From an uncultured Candidatus Rokubacteria bacterium (lineage in GTDB: Bacteria > Methylomirabilota > Methylomirabilia > Rokubacteriales > CSP1-6), in contig CAVWFS010000008.1 of the NCBI GenBank assembly GCA_963754315.1, positions 608,001-672,000 on the forward strand: a stretch of DNA of 64,000 bases, written 5' to 3'. Each line of letters begins with the position of its first letter. Within the stretch, counting starts at the first letter, position 1. Both the position numbers and the translations under genes were made by a program. Positions 19,755 through 30,655 of this stretch are shown here, one piece after another. Below the pieces are notes generated by a model. The model had not been told where the DNA came from, made no database searches, and was given only the letters and a program-made list of their open reading frames with translations.

Positions 19755-21449
19755 ATGGTGGGGCGGGACTGGCGGAAGAAGGCAGGCACACCGTTCACGA
19801 TCGAGAAGCGTCCGGCTGCGGCCTCGCGTGGCATGGTGGTGACCAATCATCCCCTCGGGTCCGCGGCCGGAGCCGAGATGCTGGCCGGGGGCGGCAATGC
19901 CGTCGACGCTGCCGTCGCCGCCCTCTTCGCACTGACCGTCGTCGAGCCCATGATGGTCGGCATATTCGGTGCGGGGATGACGCATCTGCGGCTGGCGGAC
20001 GGCACCCACACGACCATCGACAACTACAGCGTCGCCCCGGCCGCCGCCCACGCAGACCTCTACCGGCCGCTGTCCGACACGTGGCCCGACTACTTGCGGG
20101 CGGAGGGCGACGCGAACTCGGTCGGGGTGCTGTCGGTCGGCGTGCCGGGAACGCTCAAGGCCTGGTGCGAGATCCTGGAGCGATTCGGGTCGTTTGCGCT
20201 CGAGGTCGTGCTGGAACCCGCCATTCGCCACGCCGAGCACGGCTTCCGGGCGACGCCGTACCTGATCGAAGCCATCCGGGAGGCGGCCCCCGACCTCGCG
20301 CAATTCTCTGCCTCTGCCCGCACGTTCCTGCCGCACGGAGATCCACCGAAGCCTGGTGACCTGATCAAGCAGCCCGCCTACGCGGCCACCCTGCGAATGA
20401 TCGCGGCCCAGGGTCCCAAGGTTCTCTATGAGGGCGACCTCGGAACGATGATCGCCGACTTCATCCAGCGGGAGGGCGGGCTGATCACCTTGGACGATCT
20501 GCGCCGCTACCGCACCGTTGAACGCGACCCCGTGCGGGGGGAGTATCGCGGCCTGACCATCGCCGGGGTTCCGCCGACGAGCGGCGGCGGGATCCACCTG
20601 ATCCAGATGCTGAACATCCTGGCGGGGTTCGACATCCAAGCCATGGGCTTTGGGACGCCGGCGTCGTTCCATCTGCTGGCCGAGGTCATGAAGATCGCGT
20701 TCGCCGACCGCAACGCGGCCACCGGCGATCCGGCCTTCATCGATATCCCGATCGCGCAGCTCATCTCCAAGGACTACGCAGAGGCGCGACGAGCGAGCAT
20801 CGACCTGACGCGGGCCGGCCAACACCTCGCGGGTGTTGTCCGCGCGAGTTCGACCCATACGACCCACGTCACCGTCGCCGATGCCGACGGCAATGTCGTG
20901 GCGATGACGCAGACGATCAACAGCCTGTTCGGCTCACGAGTGACCGTGCCAGGGACGGGTGTGCTGCTCAACAACACCATGGCCCTCTTCGACCCTCACC
21001 CCGGCCACACGCTCTCCGTAGCGCCCGGCAAGCGTATGACGAGCAGCATGGCGCCGACCATCGTCTTTCGCGATGGAGAGCCCGTGCTGGCCCTCGGACT
21101 CCCGGGAGGCGTGCGAATCTTCACATCCGTGCTCCAGGCGCTCGTCAATCTCATCGATCACGGCATGACATTGCAGGAAGCGGTGGAAGCGCCGCGGATC
21201 TGGACGCAGGGGCAGGATCTGGAGGTCGAGGCGAGTGTCCCCGATACTGTGCGCGCCGCTCTGGCGGCCCGCGGCCACCAGGTGGTCTCGGTACCCGCGG
21301 TGGGCGGCGGCATGAACGCGATCGCCATCGAGCCGGACGGCACGCTGACGGGCGCTGCCTGCTGGCGCGCCGATGGTACGCCGATCGGTGTCAGCGGTGG
21401 CCGGGCCCGCCCGGGGATCCGCTTCAGGCCGGAGGCCGGCCGCCGCTGA
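19755..21449 (+). CDS. ggt: gamma-glutamyltransferase
   Basis: GGNAVDAAVA, TTHVTVAD (catalytic Thr), LLNNTM, PGKRMTSSMAP. Confidence 0.9.
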   Translation: MVGRDWRKKAGTPFTIEKRPAAASRGMVVTNHPLGSAAGAEMLAGGGNAVDAAVAALFALTVVEPMMVGIFGAGMTHLRLADGTHTTIDNYSVAPAAAHADLYRPLSDTWPDYLRAEGDANSVGVLSVGVPGTLKAWCEILERFGSFALEVVLEPAIRHAEHGFRATPYLIEAIREAAPDLAQFSASARTFLPHGDPPKPGDLIKQPAYAATLRMIAAQGPKVLYEGDLGTMIADFIQREGGLITLDDLRRYRTVERDPVRGEYRGLTIAGVPPTSGGGIHLIQMLNILAGFDIQAMGFGTPASFHLLAEVMKIAFADRNAATGDPAFIDIPIAQLISKDYAEARRASIDLTRAGQHLAGVVRASSTHTTHVTVADADGNVVAMTQTINSLFGSRVTVPGTGVLLNNTMALFDPHPGHTLSVAPGKRMTSSMAPTIVFRDGEPVLALGLPGGVRIFTSVLQALVNLIDHGMTLQEAVEAPRIWTQGQDLEVEASVPDTVRAALAARGHQVVSVPAVGGGMNAIAIEPDGTLTGAACWRADGTPIGVSGGRARPGIRFRPEAGRR

Positions 21450-21541
21450 CGGCCTCAGGCTTCAGACAGCTTGACAGTAGGGAGGCTCGACGGATCATCG
21501 CCACGCGGCGCCCGCAATCGGCGCCCCCGGAGGACCTTCCC

Positions 21542-22633
21542 ATGAAAGCGGCGGTATTGTACGAGGCCAACAAGGGGCTCCAAGTCGTCGACGTCGAGCA
21601 GCAGGGACCGAAAGGTGGTGAGGCGCGCGTCAAGGTGATGGGCGCTGGTGTCTGCCACAGCGACTGGCACATCATGAACGGCGACTGGACGCCACCGCTG
21701 CCCATGGTCCTCGGCCACGAGGCGGCCGGCATCGTCCAGGAGGTCGGGCCGGGTGTGAGCAATGTCAGCCCCGGCGACCACATCATCTTCTCGTTCCGAC
21801 CCCACTGCGGGCGGTGTCTCTACTGCTCGACCGGCCGCACCATTCTCTGCGACGGGCACCCCTCGCCGCGGTGGATGATGCTCGACGGCACGCATCGATT
21901 GCACCGCAACGGGCAGCCCATCAACCAGATGGCGCGCATCGGCACCTTTTCCGAGTACGTCGTGTGCCCGGCCGAGATGCTGGTGCCGATCCGCAAGGAC
22001 ATGCCGTGGGCGCCGGCGGCTCTCATGGGCTGTTGTGTGCCGACCGGGGTGGGTGCGGTCATGAGCTGCGCCAAGGTCGAGGCGGGCGCCTCGATGCTTG
22101 TCATCGGCTGCGGCGGTGTTGGCCTCAACGTGGTGCAGGGCGGCCGCCTGGTGGGCGCCGAGAAGATCATCGCGTGCGATCTTCTCGACAACAAGCTGGC
22201 CTTCGCGAAGGAGTTCGGCGCTACCCATGCGTTCAACGCCAAGCGCGACAACGTCATCGAAGAGGTGCGCAAGCTCACCGCCGGGCGCGGCGTCGACTAT
22301 GCGTTCGACGCCATCGGGAGCGAGGCCACCACGTTGCAGATCGTGGAGGCCATCCGTCCGGGTGGCACGGCCGTCATCGTGGGAATGGCCGCCATGGCCG
22401 TGCGGGCGCCCATCACGCCGTACATGATGGCCCTCCAGGAGAAGTGCATCAGGGGCACCATGTACGGCTCGGTGCGGCCGAATATCGACTTTCCGCGCCT
22501 CGTCGACCTCTACATGGACGGTCGTCTGAAGGTCAACGAACTGGTGAGCCGAACCTACAAGCTCGAGGAGATCAACGAAGGATTCAAGGCGCTCACCAGC
22601 GGTGAGGTTGCCCGCGGGGTGGTGGTGTTCTGA
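21542..22633 (+). CDS. Zn-dependent alcohol dehydrogenase
   Basis: GVCHSD, GHEAAG, CGRCLYC, GCGGVG. Confidence 0.92.
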   Translation: MKAAVLYEANKGLQVVDVEQQGPKGGEARVKVMGAGVCHSDWHIMNGDWTPPLPMVLGHEAAGIVQEVGPGVSNVSPGDHIIFSFRPHCGRCLYCSTGRTILCDGHPSPRWMMLDGTHRLHRNGQPINQMARIGTFSEYVVCPAEMLVPIRKDMPWAPAALMGCCVPTGVGAVMSCAKVEAGASMLVIGCGGVGLNVVQGGRLVGAEKIIACDLLDNKLAFAKEFGATHAFNAKRDNVIEEVRKLTAGRGVDYAFDAIGSEATTLQIVEAIRPGGTAVIVGMAAMAVRAPITPYMMALQEKCIRGTMYGSVRPNIDFPRLVDLYMDGRLKVNELVSRTYKLEEINEGFKALTSGEVARGVVVF

Positions 22634-22660
22634 ACACGGGCCCCGGCTGGATGCCTGCCG

Positions 22661-23602
22661 TCAGATAGCCACCAGCTGAGACCGGCCCGAGGCCACGTCG
22701 ACGTCGCGGGCGGGATTGACGACGGGGGTGGACGTGTCGTCGGGGACGGTCGGACCGTCGCCGGCCACCGTCGTGCGGTGCATGACCCGGCGGTACTTCG
22801 ACTCGTCCCACGGACGACCACGGTGCAGCATGCACCGGTTGTCCCACATCACGAGATCGCCTGGCTGCCACCGGTGCCGGTACACGAGCGGTGGCCTCGT
22901 GGCCTCCTCGCGCAGCTGACGCAGTAACGCCCGCGCTTCGTCGGTGGGGACGCCCACGATTTCACAGGCGTGGGAACCCACATAGAACGCCTTCCGTCCA
23001 TTGGCTGGATTGACGCGGACCAGGGCTTGCCGGACCGGCGGCACCTGGGCGGCGTGCTCGGGCGGCAGGAGCCCCTCGTCCACGAGGCCGCGCGAGTACG
23101 CAAAGCTGTGAACGGCCACTTTGCCCTCGAGGAAGCTCTTCAAATCCTCTGGCAGGCGCTCGTACGCCACGCGCATGCTGGCGAACTCCGTGTCGCCGCC
23201 CTCGGGTGGGCATTCGCGGCCGGACAGGAGCGAGGCCAGCGCCGGCACTTTCTTGAAGGAGCTGTCGCTGTGCCACATCTGGTTGCCGGCGTTGAAGATG
23301 TTGCGCTTGTCTCCCGCGGGGATCAGTCGATTCTCGGCGTCGACGTTGGCAAGGTTGGAGATCTCCGGGAGCGTTTGCTCCTGGCTGGCGATACTCCGGA
23401 TGGTCTTCTCGAGCGGACCGAAACGTTCGCTGAAAGCGATCTGCTGCTCGTCCGTGAGCGTCTGACGGCGAAAGAGCAGCAGCGAGTGCTCATTGAAGGC
23501 GTCCACGATCTCCTTGAACGTCGCCTCGTCGACGCGCGTCACATCGATGTCCTCGATCTCGACACCGAACAGGGGATGCAGGGTCCTCGTCGCCAGCCCC
23601 AT
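22661..23602 (-). CDS. TauD/TfdA-family Fe(II)/2-oxoglutarate dioxygenase
   Basis: WHSDSSF, TEFAS and DLVMWDNRCMLHRG motifs. Confidence 0.9.
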   Translation of the reverse strand: MGLATRTLHPLFGVEIEDIDVTRVDEATFKEIVDAFNEHSLLLFRRQTLTDEQQIAFSERFGPLEKTIRSIASQEQTLPEISNLANVDAENRLIPAGDKRNIFNAGNQMWHSDSSFKKVPALASLLSGRECPPEGGDTEFASMRVAYERLPEDLKSFLEGKVAVHSFAYSRGLVDEGLLPPEHAAQVPPVRQALVRVNPANGRKAFYVGSHACEIVGVPTDEARALLRQLREEATRPPLVYRHRWQPGDLVMWDNRCMLHRGRPWDESKYRRVMHRTTVAGDGPTVPDDTSTPVVNPARDVDVASGRSQLVAI

Positions 23603-23640
23603 CGTCGCTCTCCTCCGAACCCCGATAATCGGCCCGCCCA

Positions 23641-24475
23641 TCATTTTTGCACAAGGGGCACCCACGCGGTGGTGCGGCCGCCGAGCGTGAGGTAGTGGAT
23701 GTGCTCTCCGCGCGCGGTCATACCGTCCGCCCGCTTGCCCCATCGATCGTGGAAGAGCCACGTCCGCGGGTACCGATCGCTGTCCGACTGGACCCGCACC
23801 GACAGGGCCACGACCGAACGGAGTCGGTCCCGGAGCCGCGCGGCTTCGGCCTCATTGAGCGAGTTGGCGCGCCGGCGTGGATCAAGCCTCGCCTGGTACA
23901 GCACCTCGTCGGCGATCCAGTTGCCCACCCCTGCCGCGAAGGACTGGTCCAGGAGGAGCGCCTTGAGCGGCGCCGTCCGCCCGCGCACGATCTCGCGGAA
24001 TCGAGGGAGGGAGGGGATCTCGCGGAAGGCGTCAAAGCCAAGCAGGGCAATGGGGGGTTCGTGGCGGGGATCGTGGCGGAAGCGGACTCGGCCGAGACGC
24101 CGCGCGTCGGCCAGCACCAGCTCGCCCCCATCGTCGAAGGTGAGATGGAGCTTGGCGAAACGAGGCGGCCAGGTCGGCGTGGTGTCGCCACTCGAGACGA
24201 GTTTGGCGCCCGCTCGGCGCATGGTGTGAAAGCCCCCGGTCATGCCGAAGTGAAAGAGTGGCCAGGGCCGCCTGTCCAGCTCGAACCATAGGTGCTTGCC
24301 GTGGCGCCGCACGGCCCGGACACTTGCGCCCGCGCAGCAGGCGCTGGACCTTGGCCGGGGTCACACCGTCGAACACGATGGGATCGTCGGCGCAGCGCAC
24401 GCGCCTGATCACGCGCCCGACGGCCACCCGCCGAGCGATGAGGCGTCCGACCTCGACCTCGGGCAGCTCAGGCAT
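23641..24475 (-). CDS. Fpg/Nei-family DNA glycosylase (frameshift near 24320)
   Basis: N-terminal MPELPEVE; RHGK, HFGMTG, LLDQS..AGVGNWIADE; two ORFs join. Confidence 0.88.
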
Positions 24476-24489
24476 GCACGGCCGGTAGC

Positions 24490-25584
24490 TCAGGCATTGG
24501 GGGCCGGGCGGCGAGGCAGTACGACGACGGCCTCGCCGAGGGCGATGGTCTCGTCACGCTGGTTCACCGCCTGCAGCTGGAGGGTCACCTCACCGCGTTC
24601 GTCGACCAGATTCTTGGCGACCACGCGTCCTCGACACCACGTGGTGTCACCCAGGAGATTATGACGGCGAACCTGCACGGTGAGCCGGGACAGGAAGCCA
24701 GCGTTTCCCATCCAATTGGTGACGAGGTGCCCCAGCCAGGCCACGCGCTCGGGGCCGTAATCGTAGGGGCCGGGGACACCCACCGCCCGCGCGAGGTCCG
24801 GGTCCCAGTGCACGCGCTCTGGTGGCTCGGGGACACCGAACTCGTTCGGGATCGCGAGCGCGGGGTGGCGCGCGAAGAGATCAAAGGCCAGGCCGTGCGC
24901 CCGGACGTAGAGGCTCCCCCAGCCCTGCACAAACGCGATGATGGAGGTCACCGTGAGCGGGCCCTTGGCCACCTCGGGGAGCGCTTCACCCACCACGACG
25001 TCCTCCCAGGCGCGGAGCGCCGCTCCGCGCACCTCTTCCTCGGCGTAGGCCCGGCGGATGCGGGCAATCTCCGCCTCTTCGTACCGGTAGGGTTCAGCGA
25101 CCGTGTACTTCCCACGCTCGCGCGCAGTATCGCGCTCCGTCCTGAAGCACCAGGAGTCGGCCTGACACACGACGCTGCCGTCGTCGGCGACGAAGGTGGT
25201 CCGGTACGTCTGCTTGATCGCCCGCCGAGCAAAGCTTGAGGCTTTCTCCTCAAGAGCGAGGAGAATCGTGCGGCCTACTACGCGGTCACCCTCGCGGATG
25301 GGGCGCTGCCAGCGGAAGTCGGTTCCCCCGTACATGGCGTGAATACCCGGTAGCCCGCCGACGTAGCCCGAGACGATGCGATCCATGGCGAAGAGGATCG
25401 TCGGGGGCGCAACCCGGTGCTCCGCCCAGTACGGATTCCGATCGCCGATGCCGTGCGCCCAGTGACGGATGGCATCCCGGGTCGCCACCTCGATGTAAGG
25501 ATCGGGACGGCGTATTGAGCTGCCGATGAGCGCCTGGAGGCTCGCCAAGGCCTCCTCGGTGATGGTCGGAAAGCTTCTATTCAC
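24490..25584 (-). CDS. tandem MaoC/hotdog-fold dehydratase (FAS1-like)
   Basis: DAIRHWAHGIGDRNP and VHWDPDLARAVG..YDYG; GTG overlaps the upstream stop region. Confidence 0.8.
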   Translation of the reverse strand: MNRSFPTITEEALASLQALIGSSIRRPDPYIEVATRDAIRHWAHGIGDRNPYWAEHRVAPPTILFAMDRIVSGYVGGLPGIHAMYGGTDFRWQRPIREGDRVVGRTILLALEEKASSFARRAIKQTYRTTFVADDGSVVCQADSWCFRTERDTARERGKYTVAEPYRYEEAEIARIRRAYAEEEVRGAALRAWEDVVVGEALPEVAKGPLTVTSIIAFVQGWGSLYVRAHGLAFDLFARHPALAIPNEFGVPEPPERVHWDPDLARAVGVPGPYDYGPERVAWLGHLVTNWMGNAGFLSRLTVQVRRHNLLGDTTWCRGRVVAKNLVDERGEVTLQLQAVNQRDETIALGEAVVVLPRRPAPNA

Positions 25585-27106
25585 CGCGTAGCGCCTGGCG
25601 ATTGACTTTGCCGGCCGGGGTTCTCGGTAGGGTGGTAACGAACTCGACCTGGCGCGGATACTCGTGCTGGCCGAGACGCGTGCGCACGTGATCTTGCAGC
25701 TCGCGCTCGAGAGCCTCTCCGGCACGCACCGCCACCACGAAGGCCTTGGCGATCTGCCCACGCAGCGGATCAGGGACGGGGATCACGGCTGCCTCGCTCA
25801 CCGCCGGGTGGGCCAGAAGCACGTTCTCGATCTCGAGGGCGCTCATGGTCCAGCCGGCCGAGATGATGACGTCGTCCGAACGCCCATCGTGGTAGAAATA
25901 TCCGTCCTCGGTCAGACGTCCCCGGTCCTTGACGCGGAACCATCCTCCTTTGCGCCTCACCGCAATCTCGCCAGCCTGGCCAGCGGGAAGGGGTTGGTCG
26001 TCTTCATCCACCACGGCGACTTCCCACCCCGGTGCCGCCTTGCCGAGCGCGCCCCGACGCACCTGGTAGCCGGCAAAGCCGGGATAGTTGACGATGATCA
26101 CGCCCACCTCGGTGCTCCCGTACATGCTGCAGGGTGTGACCCCGAAGGTCCGCTCGATGAAATCCCATGTGCGGTCGTCCATCGGCTCCCCGGTGAACGA
26201 GAGCTTGTCGAGGTGACGGGCGGGAGGTACAAACCCATCCTCGCGAGCGAGCAAGCGGAACACGGTGGGGGCCGCCGCCACGTTGGTAATCGCGAAGGCA
26301 TCCAGGGCCTGCAGAAAGCGCAGGGGGTCGAACTTGCCGGAGTAGGCGCCGGCGGCGATACCGAGCGCGAGGGGGGCGATGGTTCCGTGCCACAGGCCGT
26401 GACCCCAGGCCGGCGACGACGGACAGAAGTAACGGTCACCCCGCTCGAGCCCAAGCCCGTAGAGCGCGGCGACCATCAAGGTGACGACCGCCCGGTGAGT
26501 GTGGCGTACAGCCTCCGGCAGCGCACGCGTCGTCCCTGACGTGTACTGGAAAACGGCGAGGTCGTCGGCCGCCGTGTCTGGCGTGTGGTGGGGGCTTTCG
26601 CCCTCGAGGCGCCGGCTGAACTCCGTGTCAACGGCCACCACACGGACCGCGGGGAAGAGGGACTGCCAACGCTCCGGATCCCCTTCCACGAGCAGCATCT
26701 GGGGCCGGCAATCGTCGATGCGCAGCGCTACGCCTTCGGGGCCGAACAGGGTGAAGAGGGGGACGGCGATGGCGCCGCGCTTCAATGTACCGAAGAGCGC
26801 CGCGTAGAAGAACGGGGAAGGCTCGAGCATGATGCCCACCCGATCACCTTTCGCGATGCCCTGTGCGGTCAGGAAGTTGGCGAAGCGGGATGACTGGGCT
26901 GACAACTCGCCGAAGGTGACCTCGGCCCGGCGGCCGTCGGCCCGCCAGATGCGAAGCGCGGGATCGGCGGCGGGATGGCGATCGACACACTCGTGGGCGA
27001 TGTTGAGCCGATCGAGATTGCCATCGAACAACTCCCACAGGGCGCTCCAGCGGAAGTGCTGGAGCGCCTCGGGATACCGTCGAAGGGTCAGCAGGGTGCC
27101 CTTCAT
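25577..27106 (-). CDS. acyl-CoA synthetase (AMP-forming)
   Basis: YTSGTT, YGSTE, GRSDD, LPRTPAGK. Confidence 0.9.
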   Translation of the reverse strand: MKGTLLTLRRYPEALQHFRWSALWELFDGNLDRLNIAHECVDRHPAADPALRIWRADGRRAEVTFGELSAQSSRFANFLTAQGIAKGDRVGIMLEPSPFFYAALFGTLKRGAIAVPLFTLFGPEGVALRIDDCRPQMLLVEGDPERWQSLFPAVRVVAVDTEFSRRLEGESPHHTPDTAADDLAVFQYTSGTTRALPEAVRHTHRAVVTLMVAALYGLGLERGDRYFCPSSPAWGHGLWHGTIAPLALGIAAGAYSGKFDPLRFLQALDAFAITNVAAAPTVFRLLAREDGFVPPARHLDKLSFTGEPMDDRTWDFIERTFGVTPCSMYGSTEVGVIIVNYPGFAGYQVRRGALGKAAPGWEVAVVDEDDQPLPAGQAGEIAVRRKGGWFRVKDRGRLTEDGYFYHDGRSDDVIISAGWTMSALEIENVLLAHPAVSEAAVIPVPDPLRGQIAKAFVVAVRAGEALERELQDHVRTRLGQHEYPRQVEFVTTLPRTPAGKVNRQALRGE

Positions 27107-27116
27107 GCAATGTGCC

Positions 27117-27791
27117 TTACTTGACGATCTCCAGGAGTTCCACCTCGAAGACCAGGGTGGCGCCTGGCTTGATCCGGGGCGGCATGCCGCGGTCGCCGTA
27201 GGCGACGTCGGCCGGGCACACAAGCTTGGCTTTGCCCCCGACCTTCATCATCGGCATCCCTTCCGACCAGCACTTGATGACCCCGTCCAGGGGAAGGGTG
27301 GCTGGTTGTCCACGCTGGACGGAACTGTCGAATACGGTCCCGTCAATCAGCGTGCCGGTGTAGTGAACCTTGACCTTGTCGGTCGCCGTGGGCGACGCAC
27401 CGGTTCCGGGCTTGACGGTGGTGACGATCACCCCCGACGGGGTCTTGTTCGCGCCCTTCTCGCTGGCCGCCTTGTCGAGAAAGGCCTGACTGACTTTTTT
27501 CTCCGAGGCGGCAGCGACGGCCAGGCGCGACTGCTGGAGCTCCTGGAGCTTGGGCGCATAGGCGGGAAGATCAACCTTCCGAGGGCGGTTCAGCATGCCG
27601 TCGGTGAGGCCCGATTTCACGAGCTCCAGCTCGGCCTCGCTGAGGTTGAAGGGCGCAAGATTCTGGCTGAGGGCGAGCCCAAGGGCGTAGAAGGTCTTCT
27701 GCTCTTCAGTCTTCAGATCCTGACCGGTGGCGACACTCGCGGCGACACCGAAGAGAACAACGATGATGCACCAGACACTGACTTGACGCAT
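27117..27791 (-). CDS. FKBP-type peptidyl-prolyl cis-trans isomerase (FkpA/Mip-like)
   Basis: Signal peptide; VKVHYTGTLIDGTVFDSS, AYGDRG, TLVFEVELL. Confidence 0.92.
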   Translation of the reverse strand: MRQVSVWCIIVVLFGVAASVATGQDLKTEEQKTFYALGLALSQNLAPFNLSEAELELVKSGLTDGMLNRPRKVDLPAYAPKLQELQQSRLAVAAASEKKVSQAFLDKAASEKGANKTPSGVIVTTVKPGTGASPTATDKVKVHYTGTLIDGTVFDSSVQRGQPATLPLDGVIKCWSEGMPMMKVGGKAKLVCPADVAYGDRGMPPRIKPGATLVFEVELLEIVK

Positions 27792-27900
27792 AAGGCCCCT
27801 TTCTGGAAGGCGGAATCTCTGTGGGAATACCCAGCCGGCACCGCCTATGCTCGCCGGCCGAGATGCTTTAGGATAAACCGACATTCGTCGGGAGGCTCGC

Positions 27901-28461
27901 ATGCCGGAATCGATCCCCGCCTCACTCATCATCGACACCTTGAAGGATACCTTCAGAGAGGCCCGGGCGGAGCGCACGGCCGAAGGCTGGGCGTCCCCGC
28001 CGCATGATTTTCTCGGCTGGATTCTCAGCGTTCCGGATACCCATCAAAAGAGCGTGCTGGCGGCCCTGGACAAGGAGCAAGCCATCCGCGTGGTGACCTG
28101 CGCCACCGAGGACGAGGCGACGGCGGTGGCGGCCGGTCTCTACATGGGCGGCGAGCCGGTGGTCCTGATGATCCAGCACGCCGGGCTGTACGCCTCGATC
28201 AACACGTTGCGCGGGGTATCGATGGACGGCAAGGTGCCGGTGTTCTACATGATCGGTCTGCTGAGCCGCGAGAAAGACAAGGATCCCCGTGAGTCCCGTC
28301 ACTCGATGGTCCGGTACTGCGAACCGCTGCTTGACACGTTCGCGGTCCCTCACGCGAGGCTGGAAGGGCCGAACGATGTTCACCGGATCCCAGAGTACTA
28401 CCGGCTGAGTCGCCAACGCCGAGGGCCGGCGGCCGTTCTGGTCGGCCTGGAGACGAGCTGA
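27901..28461 (+). CDS. sulfopyruvate/phosphonopyruvate decarboxylase alpha-subunit-like (ComD-like)
   Basis: VPD, EDEATAVAAG, MIQHAGL pyrimidine-binding domain. Confidence 0.75.
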   Translation: MPESIPASLIIDTLKDTFREARAERTAEGWASPPHDFLGWILSVPDTHQKSVLAALDKEQAIRVVTCATEDEATAVAAGLYMGGEPVVLMIQHAGLYASINTLRGVSMDGKVPVFYMIGLLSREKDKDPRESRHSMVRYCEPLLDTFAVPHARLEGPNDVHRIPEYYRLSRQRRGPAAVLVGLETS

Positions 28462-28462
28462 C

Positions 28463-29041
28463 ATGGCCATGAAGCCCGAGACCGTGCTGCGCGCCATCGC
28501 TGCCGCCCGGGGTGATGCGATCTGCGTTCCCACCATGACCACTGCGCCCGCATGGCGGACGATCGCCCCCGATGACCTCTCGATCAGCTGCGTGGGCTTC
28601 ATGGGGGGCGCCTCCTCCATGGGACTGGGGCTTGCCCTGGCTCGCCCCGAGCGCCGTGTACTCGTGTTCGACGGGGACGGTTCCCTGCTCATGCAGCTCG
28701 GCTCGCTCGCCACCACGGCCGGTGCTCGCCCCCGGAACCTCGTTCACTTCATCTTCAAGAACGGCGTGTACCACACCTCGGGATCGCAGGAGGTTCCCGG
28801 CGGGCTCGGCGTTGACTTCGTGATGATGGCGAAGGGCGCGGGATACCGGAACGCGTATGCCATCCACGAGGAGGACGAGTTCCGCCGCCGTCTACCCGGG
28901 ATCTTGACCGAGGAGGGGCCGATCCTGGTGGAGCTGTACACGACCCTGGCCGACCAGACTCCCATGACCGCGCGTGGCGGTGTGCCGTTTCCGGAGCAGG
29001 TCGACCGCATGCGGACGCGACTGCTGGCCTCGCGGTCCTGA
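28463..29041 (+). CDS. TPP-binding beta subunit (ComE-like)
   Basis: MGGASSMGLG, DGDGSLLM, KNGVYHTSGSQ. Confidence 0.8.
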   Translation: MAMKPETVLRAIAAARGDAICVPTMTTAPAWRTIAPDDLSISCVGFMGGASSMGLGLALARPERRVLVFDGDGSLLMQLGSLATTAGARPRNLVHFIFKNGVYHTSGSQEVPGGLGVDFVMMAKGAGYRNAYAIHEEDEFRRRLPGILTEEGPILVELYTTLADQTPMTARGGVPFPEQVDRMRTRLLASRS

Positions 29042-30655
29042 TGACGACACCAGCCATCGGTCGGCCCGAGTTTTTCCGGCCGCATCTGGAGTATCCGCGC
29101 GTTCCCTACGACCGGATGCTGACGCACGCGGCCGCGCGGTACCCGGAGAACGTCGCCGTCGTCTTTCGCGACGTGAGCCTCACCTATCGTGAGCTGGAAG
29201 GGCTGACGACCCGCTTTGCCCACGCCCTCCGCGGGCTCGGGATCAAGCACGGCGACAAGGTTTGTCTCTTGACCTCCAACTGTCCCGAGTACGTCATCGC
29301 CTTCTACGGCATCGCCAGGGTGGGGGCCGTGGTCAGCCCCATGAATCCCTCCTACCGCGAGCGCGAGATCGAATATCAGCTCAACGACGCCGAGGCGGTG
29401 GCCATCGTGGTCCACACCGAGCTGCTGCCCCTGGTGGAATCGGTACGGGCGCGACTACCCCGGCTCCGGCACGTCATCGCCATCGGCCCGGGAGCGCCCC
29501 CCGTGGGAGCGCGGGTCGAGCGCCTGAGCGCGCTCATCGAGCGCGAGCGGCCGGTGCCGCCGCCTCCCGTCGAGATCGGGGACCGTGATCTGGTGGCGCT
29601 GCCCTACTCGAGCGGGACGACGGGGCTTCCCAAGGGAGTGATGCTCACCCACGCGAACCTCGTCGCCAACAACATCCAGCTGATTGCCACCTTGCGGCTG
29701 CGGGAGAGCGATCGCTTGCTGATCTTCCTGCCCTTCTATCACATCTACGGCGCGATGCTCATGGGCGGCGCCATGTATGCGGGGGCGACCGCGGTGCTGA
29801 TGGAGCGCTTCGACCCGGCCGAATGCCTGCGGCTGGTCGCGCGCCACCGGATCACCATGCTCTTCGTGGTCCCTCCGGTGCTCTTGATGTTCTGCGGATG
29901 GTCCGAGCTGAAGAACTACGACCTCAGCAGCCTCCGCTTCTGCATGGTGGGCGCGGCTCCGCTGGCGCCCGAGCTGGCGCGTCGCTTCCGCGACCTCACC
30001 GGCGTCCCCGTGCTGCAAGGCTACGGGCTCACGGAGGCCTCTCCCCTCACGCACCTCAACCCGGTGCAGGATGACACGCTCAACGTGGTCGACGCCGCCG
30101 GCCTCCTGGTGCACGACACCGAGCAGAAGATCGTGGACGTGGAGACGGGCACCACGATCCTGGGGCCGGGCGAGGTTGGCGAAATCTGCATCCGCGGTCC
30201 CCAGGTGATGGCGGGGTACTGGAAAGCGCCCGAGGCGACGGCGGTCGCAATCCGCGACGGCTGGCTCTTCACAGGGCGACATCGGCTACGCGGACGAGCA
30301 CGGCTACACCTTCGTGAAGGACCGAAAGAAGGAGATGATCAAATACAAGGGCTTCGGGATTGCCCCGGCCGAGATCGAGGCCGTCCTCCTCGAGCACCCT
30401 GGTGTGGCCGACGCGGCCGTGATCGGCAAGCCGGATCAGGAAGCGGGAGAGATTCCCAAGGCGTTCGTCGTCCGGCGGGCCAGCCATGCTGACCTCAGCG
30501 GGGAGGACGTCGCAGACTTCGTGAAAGGCCGTCTGGCTGGCTACAAGACGGTGCGAGAGGTGGAGTTCGTGGAGGCCATTCCCAAGAATCCGTCCGGCAA
30601 GATTCTCCGACGTGTTTTGAGAGAGCAGGAGTCCCAGAAGGGAGGCACTTCGTGA
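29041..30655 (+). CDS. long-chain/4-coumarate-type acyl-CoA ligase (frameshift near 30275)
   Basis: YSSGTTGLPKG, QGYGLTE, then TGD/DRKKEMIK/PKNPSGK in the second frame. Confidence 0.88.
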
